Source of the DNA: Pristiophorus japonicus | Lineage: Eukaryota | DNA: 64,000 nt | Direction: 5' to 3' | Assembly: GCF_044704955.1 (NCBI RefSeq) | Contig: NC_091986.1 | Span: forward strand, 191,456,001-191,520,000 | Shown here: positions 25,536-39,216 of the stretch, in pieces | Numbering within the stretch: the stretch's first letter is position 1 | Layout of the letters: each line of letters starts with the position of its first letter | The notes under the pieces: model-generated | Database searches by the model: none | What the model saw: the letters and a program-made list of their open reading frames with translations, nothing else | Told to the model about the DNA's origin: nothing | Position numbers and translations under genes: made by a program

Positions 25536-25726
25536 CTGTAGTCTATCAGCACCACAATTACAATGTTTCCACAATTTATTTGGCTACATTTAGTCTTTGA
25601 TGAAATTCAGAATAAAATACATAAATACTTTAAACAAAATTAACTTTCTAAAATGTTTATGCAAGAAGCATATGAACATATAGGAAGTGCAACAAATGAT
25701 ATCTGTATGCACTGATCATGTGCCTT

Positions 25727-26225
25727 CATCATAGGCAGTCCCGCGGGGTCGAGGCTGACTTGCTGCCACACTACAAATGAGTACTCAGGTGACTGATGAA
25801 CTCATTTTAAATGGTGGAAGATGCCTGTGCGTGAATTATTTTAACGTGGGGTGGCCGTTGCACACCAGCCACAACACAAGCTTGACCGAGCAAGGTCTTG
25901 GTCCAGTGGCAAGGGGATCCAAGATGACTGGAGACCAGGCTCTGCCGCATGTGCTAATACATACAAACAAACTCAAACATACTCCTACTGTCCTCCTTCC
26001 TTCCTCCTTCCCACTGGCCTGCGACGTGGAATTCATAGTACGCTATGTGAGTCTCACAGCCTCGTTATTGGCCCGTGCTGCGCCTTCGCTTGGTCTTGTC
26101 CACGCTGCTCTACCTCTGGACTCCGACCTCTCCACTCCTCCGTGCCTCGTCCGTCCTCTCCGCTTCCGACCTCCAGACCTCGCCGCTCCTGACCTCCGCT
26201 CTTCGCCGCTTCTGATCTGGCAGTG
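25727..26225 (-). mobile_element. RTE-related non-autonomous fragment
   Basis: Left end TCATCATAGGCAGTCCC...GACTTGC resembles the RTE 3' end at 14877; pyrimidine-rich low-complexity right part. Confidence 0.55.
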
Positions 26226-26229
26226 TGAA

Positions 26230-26720
26230 GGACCAGTGCTATTTTCCTGCACCCATTGAAAGTGATCGCTGCCTGCTCATTATAATGATTGGTGCGCTCA
26301 TCTCGGCACTAAATGCATTGCTGATTGGCTTAGCTCTCGAGGGGGGCGATATAAAGTGCAGTCTAATGGCCAGTAATGTTTGGCCTAGGCTCTCTGCGCA
26401 AAACGGGAGATGCTTTGTTGCTGTTGCACCTCGTTTATCATTCTAGCTGAAGACATTGCTCAGCAACCAATGGAGCAAGCACGAAGTTTCTTGGAAGCTG
26501 CAGTGGAGGTCTTGGTCATGGTCAAATCAAAGAAGGTGGGCTGTACTGTTCCTGCAGGCCAGGAAGCAATCTAAGGCCACTTGCAGAAGGCTCGGGGGGA
26601 GATTGCTAATTCCGTCACGGTCACCAGTGTGTTCCAAGGATGTGGATCTACTGCTGAGAAAAGTTTAATGACCTCACATTAAGGTGAGTGAATGCTTCAG
26701 CAAATGCCATATCCCACTAA
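26230..26720 (+). mobile_element. PIF/Harbinger remnant with a decayed Myb/SANT-like ORF
   Basis: Across frameshifts it reads MEQARSFLEAAVEVLV..RRWAVLF..GEIANSV..RMWIYC*EKFNDLT, followed by donor AAG|GTGAGT. Confidence 0.65.
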
Positions 26721-27829
26721 AAATGAGTATTCAGGTGACTGGAGGTCGGAAGCGGTGTGGAGCATATGCCTTGTAAAAGATGTTCATGCAGTTCTTCTTG
26801 AACAGCTTAGTACCACTTTTAGTAACAGCATTATGCATTCCTATTATTCTTGGGATCTTTTACTATGTTAAAGGAGCTATATAAATCCAAGTTGTTTTGA
26901 TATGGGACAATAAACAACTTTGAATGTTATAATCTTAGAGATGAAATTTGAATTCAAGATAAAATCATTTAAGACTTGCTTAATTTTGAACTAGCTTTTT
27001 CTGTACACTTTTGCTCATCAAGGTACAGGATGATAATTCTGTAGCCAAACATTTTCCTACTTCACTGACTGCATCGAGTTTATTATTAGATACAGGGCCG
27101 ATGTTAGAACATGTTATACACCATACCTGCCCATTTTCAGGAATTAATTCTATCTGGATTCAGCCTACTATTAGGCCTGCCTACCTTTTTGACTGAGCGG
27201 GCGTACAGAGTAGGTGGAAGCTAGAAACTTATTCAAAAGGTTATTGAAGACCCCCACTGGCCTTTCCATTCTTTGGCTAAACTGGCAGTAAGGGTAGCTT
27301 GGGCAAGACCTTCATTAAAAGGGCATTTAAAAAGCCAGTTGTATTTCTGGTAAGTGATTTTAGGCCATTTCTGGGCCCTTTGTTTTTCTTTCCTGCTGTG
27401 CCTTGCATTTAATGAGCATTTGTGCCAGTTGCCCGTAATATTTTATTCTGCAGTTTAATTGGCACCTGGGAAGCCTTTACTGATCTTCCGAAGAGGTAGA
27501 TATATATAGGATGCAAGAAAGGTCAGACTGTCTGAGAGGTGCTCTGTTTCCTTATGCCATTACTTACACCTGCTTAAAAAAAATGAAATAACTTTGCTTT
27601 GGCAGATACAGTGTTGGTGGAAGCATCCCTTCTCTACAGGAATCTATGCCAGCAAACCCATATGGCTTCGCCATGATAATTGTTATTTTAGAAGCACACC
27701 ATTTGCAGCATTTCATGCTTTATTTATGTGATACTACATGAAAGGCAAAATGGTAGGGTGATCAAGAGCTAATGTTGCTTGATTAGCTGCACTTGCCAAG
27801 ATGCCAGCAATCATTTCTGCAGGTCAAAG

Positions 27830-28610
27830 AAAACCTTGAGCTTGGTGTCTAGTTTTGGTGACAAAGACAGGAAGGAGACATTCAAGTTTTGGAGGTGGCG
27901 CAGAAGAGCCATAAGATTGATCTCTGGTGCCTGAGGTCTGACATGGGAGAAAAGAGAAATTTGGGCTTTTCAGCCTCCAATAGGGGCAATTGAGAGACTA
28001 CATAAAGATGTATCTATATATGTTAATCTTGTGTGTGCATGCACTTCCTACTAGATTTTTCTATTATAAATTCATACATCCACATTTGCAGTGGAAGCTT
28101 TACATAAACTTGACATGCTGTAATTACACTCTTCTTAGAAAAGGTGCTACAGCAGTATCACTAATTAAAGTGTGACAAGTTTACATTGGCAGTACCATTA
28201 TAAATGGATGTAGAAATTTAAAATATGATCTTTAAAGGGGGCCTGATTACGTCTGCATGCTCTGGTCCAATTGTCCCCTGAGCTCTAACCCCGTTTCACC
28301 TGAAAATACATTTGGTTTTGACTCTGTGTGTGTGTATGATCATGGGATCATAAAATATTAAAAGGTAAATTCTAAACACTATTTCAAATGAAATCATGAT
28401 AGTATGACAAGGTTGAAACTGGTGAAGAAAAATTTAGGACAGACATCAGGAAGGTCCTCTTTGCACATTGAGTGATCCACACATGGAATAGACTTTCAGG
28501 CAGAGTAGTGGAGGCTAAAATCCTGTTTAACTAACAGCTGAATGTTGTGATGGGAAACTATGGGATCTTTCTGGATGGGCAAGCTATGATTGGCTGAATG
28601 GCTTTTGTCA
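27830..28610 (+). mobile_element. Very old CR1 3' fragment, interrupted by unique sequence at about 28020-28340
   Basis: Degenerate QFW-like motif, GLFSL, and FRTDIRKVLF remnants. Confidence 0.55.
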
Positions 28611-28869
28611 TTTGGAGAAAAGGAATATAATTTTTCACATGCTTCATTAACTTTTACCTATATGTTGATACAGCAATTTCACACCTTTGTGTTTCTCCCC
28701 TTCCTATAGTTTGAGTTTATTAGTATCTATACAACTATTTTTTATTCATTCACAGGATGTGGACATCGCTGGCAAGGCCAGCATTTATTGCCTATAGCTA
28801 ATTGCCTTCGAAAAGTTGGTGGTGAGCCACCTTCTTGAATACAACTGAGTGGCTTGCTAGGCCATTTCA

Positions 28870-29965
28870 GAGGGCAGTGGTTTTTGAAGGTCAATCATCC
28901 CAGCTGCAGGAGTTCCCCAGGGCAGTATCCTTTAATTACACTTTAATTAGTGATACTGCTGTAGCGCCTTTTCTGGGGAGAGTGTATTGCAGCATGTCAA
29001 GTTTATGTAAAGCTTCCACTGCAAATGTTGAAGGCCCAACCATCTTCAGCTGCTTCATCAATGACTTTTCCTCCATCATAAGGTCAGAAGTGGAAGTTCG
29101 CTGATGATTGCAGTGTTCAGTTCCATTCGCAACTCCTCAAAGATTGAAGCAGTCCATGCCAACAGTCAGCAAGACCTGGATGACACTCAGGCTTGGGCTG
29201 ATAAATGGCAAATAACACTCGTGCCACACAAGTGTCAGGCAATGACCATCTCCAACAAGCGAGAGTCCATAACAACCTTCTCTTGATATTCAATGGTATT
29301 ACCATCGCCGAATCCCCCATCATCAACATCCTGTGGGTCACCATTGACCAGAAACTTAACTGGACCAGCCACATAAATACCATGGCAACAAGAGCAGCTC
29401 AGAGGCTGGGTATTCTGCGGCAAGTGTCTCACCTCCTGACTCCCCAAGCCTTTACATCATCTACAAGACACAAGTCAGGAGCGTGATAGAATACTCTCTA
29501 CTTGCCTGGATGAGTGCAGCTCCAACAACACTCAAGAAGCTCGACAACATCCAGGACAAAGCAGCCCACGTAATTGGCACCTCATCCACTACCTTAAACA
29601 TTCACTCCCTCCATCACTGGCGCACTGGCTGCAGTGTACACCATTTACAAGATGCACTGCAGCAACTCGCTAAGGCTTCTTCGGCAGCACCTCCCCAAAC
29701 TCATGACCTCTGCCACCTAGAAGGACAAGGGCAGCAGGCGCATGGGAGCACCATTACTTGCAAGTTCCCATCCAAGTTACACATTATCCTGACTTGGAAA
29801 TATATCACCTTTCCTTCATCATCCTGGAAATCGCTCCCTAACAGCAATGTGGGACTGCCTTCACCACAAGGACTGCAGCGGTTCAAGAAGGTGGCTCACC
29901 ACCACCTTCTCAAGGGCAATTAGAGATGGGCGATAATGCCACCCACATCCCGGAAGGAATAACAA
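28870..29965 (+). mobile_element. CR1/L2-group LINE RT 3' portion, a family distinct from the main CR1
   Basis: GVPQGS..GPTIFSCFIND, FADD, AWADKWQ, TIDQKLNWTSHIN, WKSLPNS. An inverted 3'-end fragment of similar sequence lies at about 28745-28835. Confidence 0.85.
28932..29031 (-). repeat. 100 bp insertion that is an inverted copy of 28082-28173
   Basis: By-eye alignment gives 5 substitutions and 1 indel over 92 bp; it interrupts the LINE between GGCAGTATCCT and AGGCCCAAC. Confidence 0.92.
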
Positions 29966-31214
29966 AATCACCACTACCGATAGCAGCTTTTTATTCCAGA
30001 TTAATTAATTAAATTCCCCAGCTACCATGGTGGGATTTGAACTCACGATCATCTGGATCGTTAGTCCAGGCCTCTGGATTACTAGTCCAGAAATATACTA
30101 CCTTACCGTACCCTCAAACTCTATACTGGTGTTTGAAAATCAAAATTGAGTACACTTTCCATTCACCTGCTTAGATATTCAGTAGTAACTCACTGCTTTA
30201 GTCACAAGAGGGCAGTAAATGAGTAAATTTGATTTTTGACTCTAACAAACGATCTTACCCATCGTGTGCGAGCGTGTGTTGTCCTTTGCTTTCTAAATGG
30301 TGAGCAGAACAGATCCCTCTGCTAATCTCAGTGACGCAGTACAGAAGAGGAGGGTGCTTGAAAGCAAGAAAAGATGCCTGTGGTGGAATAATACTGCAGG
30401 AGATTGAAGAGTTCCACCAGCGGGCATCAACATCTCACTACACCTGTGCAGCGAGGATATCAAAACCACAGCAATTTACGTCAGTAAGAAAGAAAAGGAA
30501 GAACAGTTGCCATACCAAACAGAGTGCAAGGGATAACAATACACGTAATACAACTATCCTTTTGCTGTGAGGTATGTTAAATATGTATCCCTTGCAGTAT
30601 ATAATTGGCTAGGTTGTCCTCTAAGGTTTGCGAAAAACGGATTGTATCATTTTTGTGTTGGACAGTTTATGGGACGCATGATAAAGGAGGAGGAGAAAAC
30701 GCAAATCAAGTGGGGGGAAATGAGCTTAATTTTGATGCTTTGATCTGTAAAGTCCAGAAAGTTTATCACTGGAATATGTGGGGGAGATCCTTTATAATTC
30801 GACTGATAATGGTGGAGCGATAAAGGGAGTGGCATTCTCCTCATAAAAAGGGCGGGGCATTGCAATTGTGCTGTGAATTTTTTATGTAAGTTAAAAATGT
30901 AGAATTAAGTATTTACATCTTAATCTAACAACTGAAATGAATTCTTGCTGGAATCACATTTTGAATTTAAAATATAATGTTTTAAATATTAGTGGTTTCC
31001 TATAATAAAATAGTATACAGTTTATTCTTAATTTCAAAATTGCTTATTTCAAATATTCTGACTGGAAATTTCCACTTTGCATTATTTACATGGCTCATTT
31101 TAAATTATTGGATAAAATAAATTTCTGGCACAAAAATAACTAAATTGAATGTAAGTTAATGGGTTTTACAGCACAATTACATTTGTATTAGCAAAAAGAA
31201 TATTTTCTTATCTT

Positions 31215-31535
31215 ACCTTACTTGTGCCTTTCACGACCACTGGACGTCTCAGAGTGCTTTACGGCCAATGAAGTACTTTTGGAGTGTAGTCACTGTTATA
31301 ATGTGGCAAACGTGGCAGCCAACTTACACACAGCAAGCTCCCACAAACAGCAATGTGATAATGACCAGATAATCTGTTTTAGTGATGTTGATTGAGGGAT
31401 AAATATTGGCCCAGGACACCGGGGATAACTGCCCTGCTCTTCTTTGAAATAGTGCCCATGGCATCTTTTACGTCCACCTGAGAGAGCAGACAGGGTCTTA
31501 ATTTAACATCTCATCTGAATGTACTGCTCTGGAGT
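31215..31535 (-). mobile_element. DeuSINE partial copy
   Basis: Homologous to 13652-14000. Confidence 0.82.
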
Positions 31536-32279
31536 CTTGTTTGAGGCTACAGCAATGAAAAGTGACTTGGAAATAATGACTTAAAGGAGCTGAGTATACT
31601 ACTCAACTATTGTGTAATACGAAATGTTATAGAGGAATATTGTCACTTGTACTTTTTTTTAAACTGTTTTAATGCTTCAAAATGCACTTAAGAGGTAACA
31701 TGGAAGAGTGCCCCACCCATCCCAAGGATGTGCCAGCATGAGGTTCCACTCCACTGATTACATGAGTAACGATGGTGGGCTGTGGGCTGTACTCTCCATT
31801 CATTATGTCACTGGAATGGAGGGCCTGTCTATGATGATGATGGAATGGAACTTAATAGGCAACTAAACTATATTTGTTACAATACGCCCCCTTTCGTGGA
31901 AAACATCAATTCAATATAAATTTATATTTTCTTTTCAATTGTTGACACAGGTCAGCTTGCTCGCTGCTAAGCCATTCGGGAAGTTCTGCATAAAATGTCA
32001 GCTCCAACCAGCTTCAAACTAGTTTTGCTTTAAAACTTAAAAACTGTAACTAGGGGTGTCTAGCAGATCTCCCTTTTTTATAACATTTCATATTTTTGCT
32101 TAATTGCAGGAGGTGGAATTTCAGTTACAGGAATAATGAATTAAACTTTTAGGAAGATTGAATCAAATCTAGTATTAATGAATCTTGGGATCTTATTTTA
32201 TTGCTTGGGGGAGCAAATTACCTTGATTCTGTGCCAAGATTATTAAAGGTAGCATAACATAAAATATGTATTTTAATCT

Positions 32280-35200
32280 ATTAACTGAGCATGAGCTGAT
32301 CAGAGAGTGCCAGCATGGATTTGTAAAGGGTAAGTCGTGTCTAATGAGCCTGGTTGAATTTTTTGAGGAGGTAACTAACGTGGTAGATAAGGGAGAGTAT
32401 ACGGATGTTAATTATATGGACTTCCAGAAGGCATGAGACAAGGTTACACATAAGAGGCTGTTAACAAAAATGAGATGCATGGAATTGGAGGCAACCTATT
32501 GCCTTCGATAGGGAATTGGTTAGTGTTGTGTATCTGTAAAGCATGCTCTCCCATGTTCCGCCACCAGGGAGCTCATCCCCTGAAGTCCCAAGGGATCCCA
32601 GCATCCCTTGGGAGCACTGTATATAAGCCGGCCCCTAAGGCCTGTTCCTCGCTCTGGAGTGTCTTAATAAAGACTGAGGTCACTGTTACTTTAACCTCCC
32701 TGTGTGCAGTCTCATCTGTGTTAGGAACACAATAACAAACCCAATGCAAAGATGCAGCAAACTGTGGGCATCCTGGAGAAGTTCTCGGAGGGTGAGGACT
32801 GGGAAGCCTATGTCGAACGGCTAGATCAGTACTTTGTAGCCAATGAGCTGGACGGAGAAGGAAGCGCTGCAAAAAGGAGAATGGTCCTCCTCACGGTCTG
32901 CGGGGCACCGACCTACAGCCTCATGAAGAAACTTCTGGCTCCAGTGAAACCCACAGATAAGTCGTATGAGGAGCTGTGTACACTGGTTCTGGAGCATCTT
33001 AACCCGAGGGAGAGCGTGCTGATGGCGAGGTATCGGTTCTACACGTGCCAGCAATCTGAAGGTCAGGAAGTGGCGAGCTACGTCGCCAAGCTAAGGCGAC
33101 TTGCAGGACAATGTGAGTTTGATGGCTACCTGGAGCAGATGCTCAGAGACTTTTTTGTACTGGGCATTGGCCACGAGACAATCCTACGAAAACTTTTAAC
33201 TGTAGAGACACCGACCCTCAGTAAGGCCATTGCGATAGCACAGGCGTTTATGTCCACCAGTGATAACACCAAACAAATCTCTCAGCACACAAGTGCTAGC
33301 AATGTTCATAAATTAACTGGAACTGTGTTTGCGAGCAGAAATGTACAGGGCAGAAACCACGAGTCTGCAACTGCCAGCAGGCCTCAGGTGACCCAGATGA
33401 CTGAGAGTCCACAACAAAGGATGAATGCAAGGCAATTCGTACCTTGTTGGCGTTGTGGAGGGTTCCATTCAGCCTATTCATGCCGCTTCAAAGGGTATGT
33501 TTGCAAGAGCTGTGGAACAATGGGGCAGCTCCAACGAGCTTGCAGATGAGCTGCAAGCTCTGCAAAACCTGCTAACCACCACGTGGCAGAGGAAGATCAG
33601 TCCATGGTGGATCAAAGTAATTTCGAGTCTCGGAGAGAGGAAGCAGATGCTAAAGTACATGGGGTGCACACATTTTCGACGAAATGTCCACCTATAATGC
33701 TAAATATAAAATTGAATGGCTTACCCATAGCCGTGGAACTGGACACTGGCGCTAGCCAATCCATCATGAGTAAAAAGATGTTTGAGAGACTGTGGTGCAA
33801 CAAGGCACTCAGACGAGCCCTGAGCCCCATCCACACAAAACTGAGAACGTACACCAAAGAGCTCATCACTGTCCTTGGCAGCGCCATGGTCACGGTCACC
33901 TACGAGGGCACGGTGCACAAACTGCCACTCTGGATTGTCCCGGACGATGGCCCCACACTGCTTGGAAGGAGCTGGCTGGACAAAATCCGCTGGAACTGGG
34001 ATGACATCCGAGCGCTATCACATGTCGATGAGGCCTCATGTATCCAGGTTCTTAACAACTTTCCTTCCCTTTTTGAGCCAGGCATTGGAAACTTTTCCAG
34101 GGCGACGGTGCGGATCCACTTGGTCCCAGAGGCACGACCCATTCACCACAAGGCCCGAGCAGTACCTCACATGATCAGGGAGAGAGTGGAAATCGAGCTG
34201 GACAGGCTGCAATGTGAGGGCATCATCTCCCCAGTGGAATTCAGGGAGTGGGCCAGCCCGATTGTTCCAGTACTCAAAAGTGATGGCACGGTCAGGATTT
34301 GCAGCGATCATAAAGTAACTATTAATCGTTTCTCACTACAGGATCAATACCCGCTATCTAAGGCAGATAACCTATTTGCGACGCTGGCAGGAGGCAAGAC
34401 GTTCACCAAGCTCAACCTGACTTCGGCCTACATGATGCAGGAGCTGGCGGAGTCTTCGAAGGGCCTCACCTGCATCAACACGCACAAGGGCTATTCATCT
34501 ACAACAGATGCCCGTTTGGAATTCGGTCGGCTGCAGCGATCTTCCAAAAAAACATGGAGAGCCTACTCAAGTCAGTACCACGCACGGTGGTTTTTCAGGA
34601 CGACATATTGGTCATGGGTCGGGACACCGTCGAGCACCTACAAAACCTGGATCGCATAGGGCTGTGGCTGAAGAGGTCGAAATGCCTCTTCATGGCAACA
34701 GAAGTGGAATTTTTGGGGAGAAAGATCGCGGCAGACGGCAGACGGCCCACAGATGCCAAGACAGAGGCTATCAGGAACGCACCCAGGCCACAGAATGTCA
34801 TAGAGCTGTGGTCGTTCCTGGGACTCCTCAACTATTTTGGTAACTTCCTACCGGGGTTAAGCACCCTCTTAGAGCCTCTACATGTGTTATTGAGTAAAGG
34901 TGAGAACTGGGTATGGGGAAAAAAACAAGTAATTGCTTTTGAGAAAGCCAGAAACATTTTATGCTCCAACAAGCTGCTTGTATTGTATAACCCGTGTAAA
35001 AGACTTGTGCTAGCATGTGATGCATCGTTGTATGGAGTTGGGTGTGTATTACAACAAGCTAACATTGCGGGGAAGTTGCAACCTGTCGCCTATGCCTCCA
35101 GGAGCTTGTCTAAAGCCGAGAGGGCCTACAGCATGATTGAGAAAGAGGCATTAGCATGTACGTTCGGCATAAAGAAAATGCATCAGTCCCTGTTTGGCCT

Positions 35201-38150
35201 CAAATTTGAGCTGGAAACCGATCACAAGCCTCTCATATCCCTGTTCGCTGAAAACAAGGGGATAAATACTAATGCCTCAGCCCACATACAAAGGTGGGCA
35301 CTCGCGCTTTCAGCGTATAACTATACCATCCGCCACAGGCCAGGCACCAAGAACTGTGCGAATGCTCTCAGTCGGCTACCATTGCCCACCACGGGGGTGG
35401 AAATGGCACAGCATGCAAACTTGTTGATGTTGGCGCAGCCCGCAGACTTGTTGATGGTCATGGAAGCATTTGAAAATGATAAATCACCTGTCACGGCCCG
35501 CCAGATTAGGACTTAGACCAGCCAAGATCCCCTGCTGTCCCGAGTAAAAAAAACTGTGTACTGCATGGGAGCTGGGCCAGCATCCCTGTTGAAATGCAAG
35601 AGCTAATCAACCCGTTCCAGTGGTGAAAGGACGAGCTGTCCATTCAGGCAGACCGCCTGTTGTGGAGTAACTGCATAGTGCTACCCAAAAAGGGCAGGGT
35701 GACAGACGTTCATCTCGGATCTCCACAGGACACACCCTGGTATAGTAATGATGAAAGCGATAGCCAGATCCCACGTGTGGTGGCCCAGTATCGACTCTGA
35801 CTTAGAGTCCTGTGTACGGCAATGCAGCGTGTGTGCTCAGTTGAGCAACGTGCCCAGAGAGGCACCACTAAGTTTGTGGTCCTGACCCTCCAGACCATGG
35901 TCCAGGATCCATGTCAACTATGTGGGCCCGTTTCTGGGTAAAATGTTCCTGGTGGTGGTGGATGCTTTTTTAAAATGGATTGAATGTGAAATAATGTCGG
36001 GAAGCACCGCCACCACCACCATTGAAAGCCTGAGGGCCATGTTTGCCACCCACGGCCTGCCTATCATACTGGTCAGTGACAACGGGCCATGTTTCATCAG
36101 TGCCGAATTTAAAGAATTCATGACCCTCAATGGGATCAAACATGTCACCTCGGCCCCGTTTAAACAAGCTTCCAATGAGCAGGCAGAGCGGGCAGTACAA
36201 ACAATCAAACAGAGCCTTAAACGAGTCACAGAAGGCTCACTCCAAACCTGCCTGTCCCGAGTACTGCTCAGCTACCGCACGAGACCCCACTCGCTCACAG
36301 GGGTGCCTCCGGCTGAGCTACTCATGAAAAGAACACTTAAAACCAGACTCTCACTGATTCACCCCAACCTGTATGATCAGGTAGAGAGCAGGCGGCAGCA
36401 ACAAAATGTAAACGATGGTCACGCCACTATGTCACGGGAAATTGATCTGAATGACCCTGTGTATGTGCTAAACTATGAACATGGTCCCAAGTGGATCGCG
36501 GGCATGGTGATAGCTAAAGAAGGGAATAAGGTGTTTGTAGTCAAACTAGACAATGGACAAATTTGCAGGAAGCACCTGGACCAAATTAGGCTGTGGTTCC
36601 CAGACTGCCCTGAACAACCCACAGCAGACACCACCTTTTTCGAGCCCACAACACGCACCCAAAGGATCAACGACACCATGCCGGACCAGGACTTCGAACC
36701 CATCACGCCCAACAGCCCAGCAAGGCCAGGCTCACCCAGCAGCCCTGCAGGACCAACAACACGCCAGCCCAGCGAGGGCAAGCCAACACACCAGAACAGA
36801 CATTTGTACCGAGGCGGTCCACCAGGGAAAGAAAGGCTCCTGACCGCCTCACCTTGTAAATAGTTTTCACTTTGACTTTGGGGGGGGGGGAGTAATGCTG
36901 TGTATCTGTAAAGCATGCACTCTCATGTTCTGCCACCAGGGAGCTCATCCCCTGAAGTCCCAAGGGACCCCAGCATCCCTTGGTATATAAGCTGGCCCCT
37001 AAGGCCTGTTCCTCACTCTGGAGTGTCTTAATAAAGTCTGAGGTCACTGTTACTTTAACCTCCCTGTGTGCATTCTCATCTGTGTTAGGAACACAATAGT
37101 TAGGAGGTAGGAAACAGAGACTGGAGATAATGGATATGTACTCAAATTGGCAGGATGTGACTAGTGGTGTGCCCCAGGGATTGGAACTGGGGCACATCTT
37201 TTCACTGTTTATAAATTACTTTGATGTGGGAATACAGAGCCATATATCTAATTTGGCTGACAACACTAAGTTAGGTGGCACAGTAAATAATGTAGCAGGG
37301 AGCAGAAAGTTGCAAAGGTACATTGATAAATTAAGTGAGTGGGCAAATCTATGGCAGATGGAGTTCAATGTGGGAAAGTGAGAAATCATTCACTTTGGAC
37401 CTAAGAAAGTTAGATCAAAGTATTTTCTAAATGGCGAGAAGCAAGGAACTGTGGATAAACAGAGCATTTTAGGGGCCTGTGTACAGAAATTACTAAAAGC
37501 TCATGGACAGATACAAAAAAATTTTAAAAGGTTAATGGAATGTTGGCCTTTATCTCAAGGGGGCTGGAATAAAAAGGGGTGCAAGTTATGTTACAGCTGT
37601 AAAGAGTTCTGGTTAGACCATCTGAAGTACTGCATTCGGTTGTGGACACCGCACCTCAGGAAGGTTATTGGCCTTGGAGCGGGTGCAGTGTAGATTCACT
37701 AGAATACCAGGGTTAAATTATAAGGACAGGTTGTATAGATTAGGCTTGTGTTCCCTTTTAATATAGAAGATCAAGAGGTGATCTAATTGAGGTGTTTAAG
37801 ATGATTAAAGGATTTTATAGGATAGATAGAGAGAAACTATTTCCTTCGGTGGAGTTCAAAACAAGGGGGCATAACCTTAAATTTAGAGGTAGGTCGTTCA
37901 GGGGTGATGTCAGAAAGCACTTTATACAAAGGATAGTGGAAATCTGGAACTCTCTTTCCCCCAAAAAGCTGCTGAGACTAGGTTAATTGAAAATTGAAAA
38001 TAACAAGATTGATAGATTGTTGCTAGGCAAGGGTATTAAGGGTTATGGAATCAATGTAGGTAGATTGAGTTAAAATACAGATCAGCTGTGATCTAATTGA
38101 ATGGCGGAACAGGCTGGCAGGGCTGAATGGCCTTCTCCCGTTCTTATGTT
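32280..38150 (+). mobile_element. CR1 LINE split by Gypsy element 2 (pieces 32280-32523 and 37104-38150)
   Basis: Removing the element and one TSD restores GGGAATTGGTTAGGAGGTAGGAAACAGAGA (NWLGGRKQR); then GVPQG, LADNTKL and the 3' tail. Confidence 0.9.
32524..37098 (+). mobile_element. Gypsy LTR retrotransposon (element 2), near full length, decayed
   Basis: LTRs 32524-32734 and 36896-37098; TSD GTTAG; G-run PPT; gag from 32752, LDTGA, RT FQDD at 34593-34604, RNase H and integrase ORFs; PBS absent. Confidence 0.97.
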
Positions 38151-39216
38151 AAGTTGTTTGTAAGATATAGACAACACAGTATTTGTTCTGTTATTTTCTT
38201 ATGGGTATCTTATAGAAGCATAGAATGGTTACAGCACAGAAAGAGGCCATTCAGCCCACCAAGCCCATGCCGTCTCTCTGCAAGAGCACTGCAGCTGGTC
38301 TCACTCCCCCTCCTTTTTCCCCATCACCCTGCAATTACTTTCCTTCAGGTACTTAACCAACTCCCTTTTGACAGCCGTGATTGAGACTGCCTCCACCACC
38401 CTCTCAGGTAGTGCATTCCAGATCCTAACCTCTCGCTGTGTTAAAAAAAAATTCTTCAGCTAAGTAGTACTGCTGCGTACAAAATTCAGACTGAGATGGA
38501 AGCTTTTTTTAATGAATACATCTGGGAAACACATTGGAGTTGAGCTGTTATTTAGTGTTTTAATAGGATACGTCAGTTCCTGAACTCTCAAATGGAAACA
38601 TATGTATTATACAAATGCAGGATTAATTACAGTTTTTACATGTTACTTCTTTGGTTTGAACTGTGTACCTATCTATAATTTAACCATAAATACATATTCT
38701 ACATTTCTGCCAAGATATTTAATCAATTTAAAGACTAATTTATTATACAGCCATTATTTTTCAATTTGATATAACTTGGTAATTCAATCAAATTACCTGA
38801 CTCGTGACTGCTAACTAGATGGTGACTAGTCACCAGCCTGCTTGTCACTCAAACAAGACCTACAAATGGTGGAAATCTGAAACAGAATCAAAGAGGAATG
38901 ACACAGCATTTCTCATAGATGACTTTTCTTTTGACACCCATAAGGAATCATAAGAACATAAGAAATAGAAGCAGGAGTAGACCATTTGGTCCCTCGAGCC
39001 TGCTCTGCCATTTAAAAAGATCATGGCTGATTTTGGGCTCAGCTCCACTTCCCTGCCTGCTCCCCATAACCCTTCACTCCCTTATCGCTCAAAAATCTGT
39101 CTATCTCCATCTTAAATATATTCAATGACCCAGCCTCCACAGTTCTTTGGGCAGAGAATTCCATAGATTTTTGACCCTCTGAGAGAAGAAGTTCCTCCTC
39201 ATCTCAGTTCTAAATG

